A program made the translations under genes and the position numbers. Under the pieces are notes generated by a model. That model was not told the origin of the DNA, made no database searches, and saw only the letters and a program-made list of their open reading frames with translations. From an uncultured Nanoarchaeota archaeon (GTDB taxonomy: Archaea > Nanobdellota > Nanobdellia > Pacearchaeales > GW2011-AR1), in assembly GCA_963779925.1 (NCBI GenBank), contig CAVZZS010000011.1, positions 34,974 to 98,973 of the forward strand: DNA of 64,000 bases, given 5' to 3'. Below are positions 63,691-64,000 of the stretch, in pieces; the stretch's first letter is position 1; each line of letters starts with the position of its first letter.

Positions 63691-64000
63691 TTAATTATTT
63701 ATGGATTTTTGTATTAACTGAAGCCATTTATTTTCAGGATTAAGCTGTAAGGTTGGAATAGCCAACTGATAAGGACAGCAGTTTATCGTTTGGTGTTTTG
63801 TGATAAAATTGTAGTAAATTTCCCAGCCCTTCATTATTGCGTTAGCAGAAGATATAGAACCGTGAAATCCACGAAAGGTTTTAGTCCTTTGTCTTATGTT
63901 GTTATGCAATCTTTCTATAGGGTAATTAAAACCCTCGTCTTTAATTGCTATATTTCTATTATGAAGAACATTATGTTTTCCTATTTTGTTATTATATCCA
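63691..64000 (-). mobile_element. IS6-like DDE transposase gene, C-terminal part (5' end beyond window)
   Basis: The frame is open from the window end to 63691. ...NYPIERLHNNIRQRTKTFRGFHGSISSANAIMKGWEIYYNFITKHQ resembles the IS6-family transposase C-terminus. Its stop is 2 nt from the MTase start on the same strand. Confidence 0.5.

Noticed and set aside
1-64000. CRISPR arrays / rRNA operons
   Set aside because: No regularly spaced direct repeats of 24-40 bp were seen. There are no GC-rich structured stretches of rRNA length. Only three tRNAs were found.

Overview
This is an AT-rich (about 32% GC) archaeal chromosomal window. It has the FtsZ+SepF division pair, Spt5, SecE/SecY, aIF5A, SUI1, prefoldin alpha and beta, RNAP subunit P and archaea-specific ribosomal proteins (L37ae, L40e, S4e, L32e, L19e). 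The compact layout with short gene overlaps is consistent with a small-genome (DPANN-like) archaeon, but that is inference.

Layout:
1. 1-6.4 kb: a surface-structure locus. A Cys-rich secreted protein (5' partial) and a membrane-anchored Cys-repeat protein that continues into a repeat-rich extracellular protein are followed by four tandem class-III-signal (type IV pilin-like) genes. Two apparent +1 frameshifts sit here. A divergent HTH regulator follows.
2. 6.8-14.5 kb: an S-layer protein candidate, two hypothetical membrane proteins, DedA, a mini archaeosortase-like protein, a PAP2 phosphatase, and a 580-aa surface protein with a C-terminal tripartite sorting signal.
3. 14.6-23.5 kb: SepF, prefoldin beta, RpoP, L37ae, tRNA-Pro, L11-Spt5-SecE, FtsZ, an FKBP, aIF5A, an unlisted L40e, a site-2 protease, and L1-L10-L12.
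4. 23.5-28.7 kb: tRNA-Thr, an XPD/Rad3-like helicase, an isochorismatase-family protein, tRNA-Ser, an AI-2E permease and hypotheticals.
5. 28.8-42.4 kb: an uninterrupted L3...L15-SecY ribosomal supercluster with no RNase P Rpp29 gene, then a DUF106/YidC-like protein and prefoldin alpha.
6. 43.3-60.7 kb: a protein N-glycosylation and nucleotide-sugar island. It holds AglH-like GPT, AglB, GMD, a DegT aminotransferase-cupin fusion, GT4/GT11/GT26/CgeB-like glycosyltransferases, a methyltransferase, an SDR epimerase, GmhB, an HddC-CBS-HddA fusion and Fcl.
7. 60.7-64 kb: a LamG-domain gene with no start codon abuts a convergent Type II R-M pair and an IS6-like transposase that runs off the window.

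No rRNA genes or CRISPR arrays were seen. The most notable candidates are the pilin/adhesin locus, the sortase-like module, the fused sugar-nucleotide enzymes and the mobile R-M cassette.
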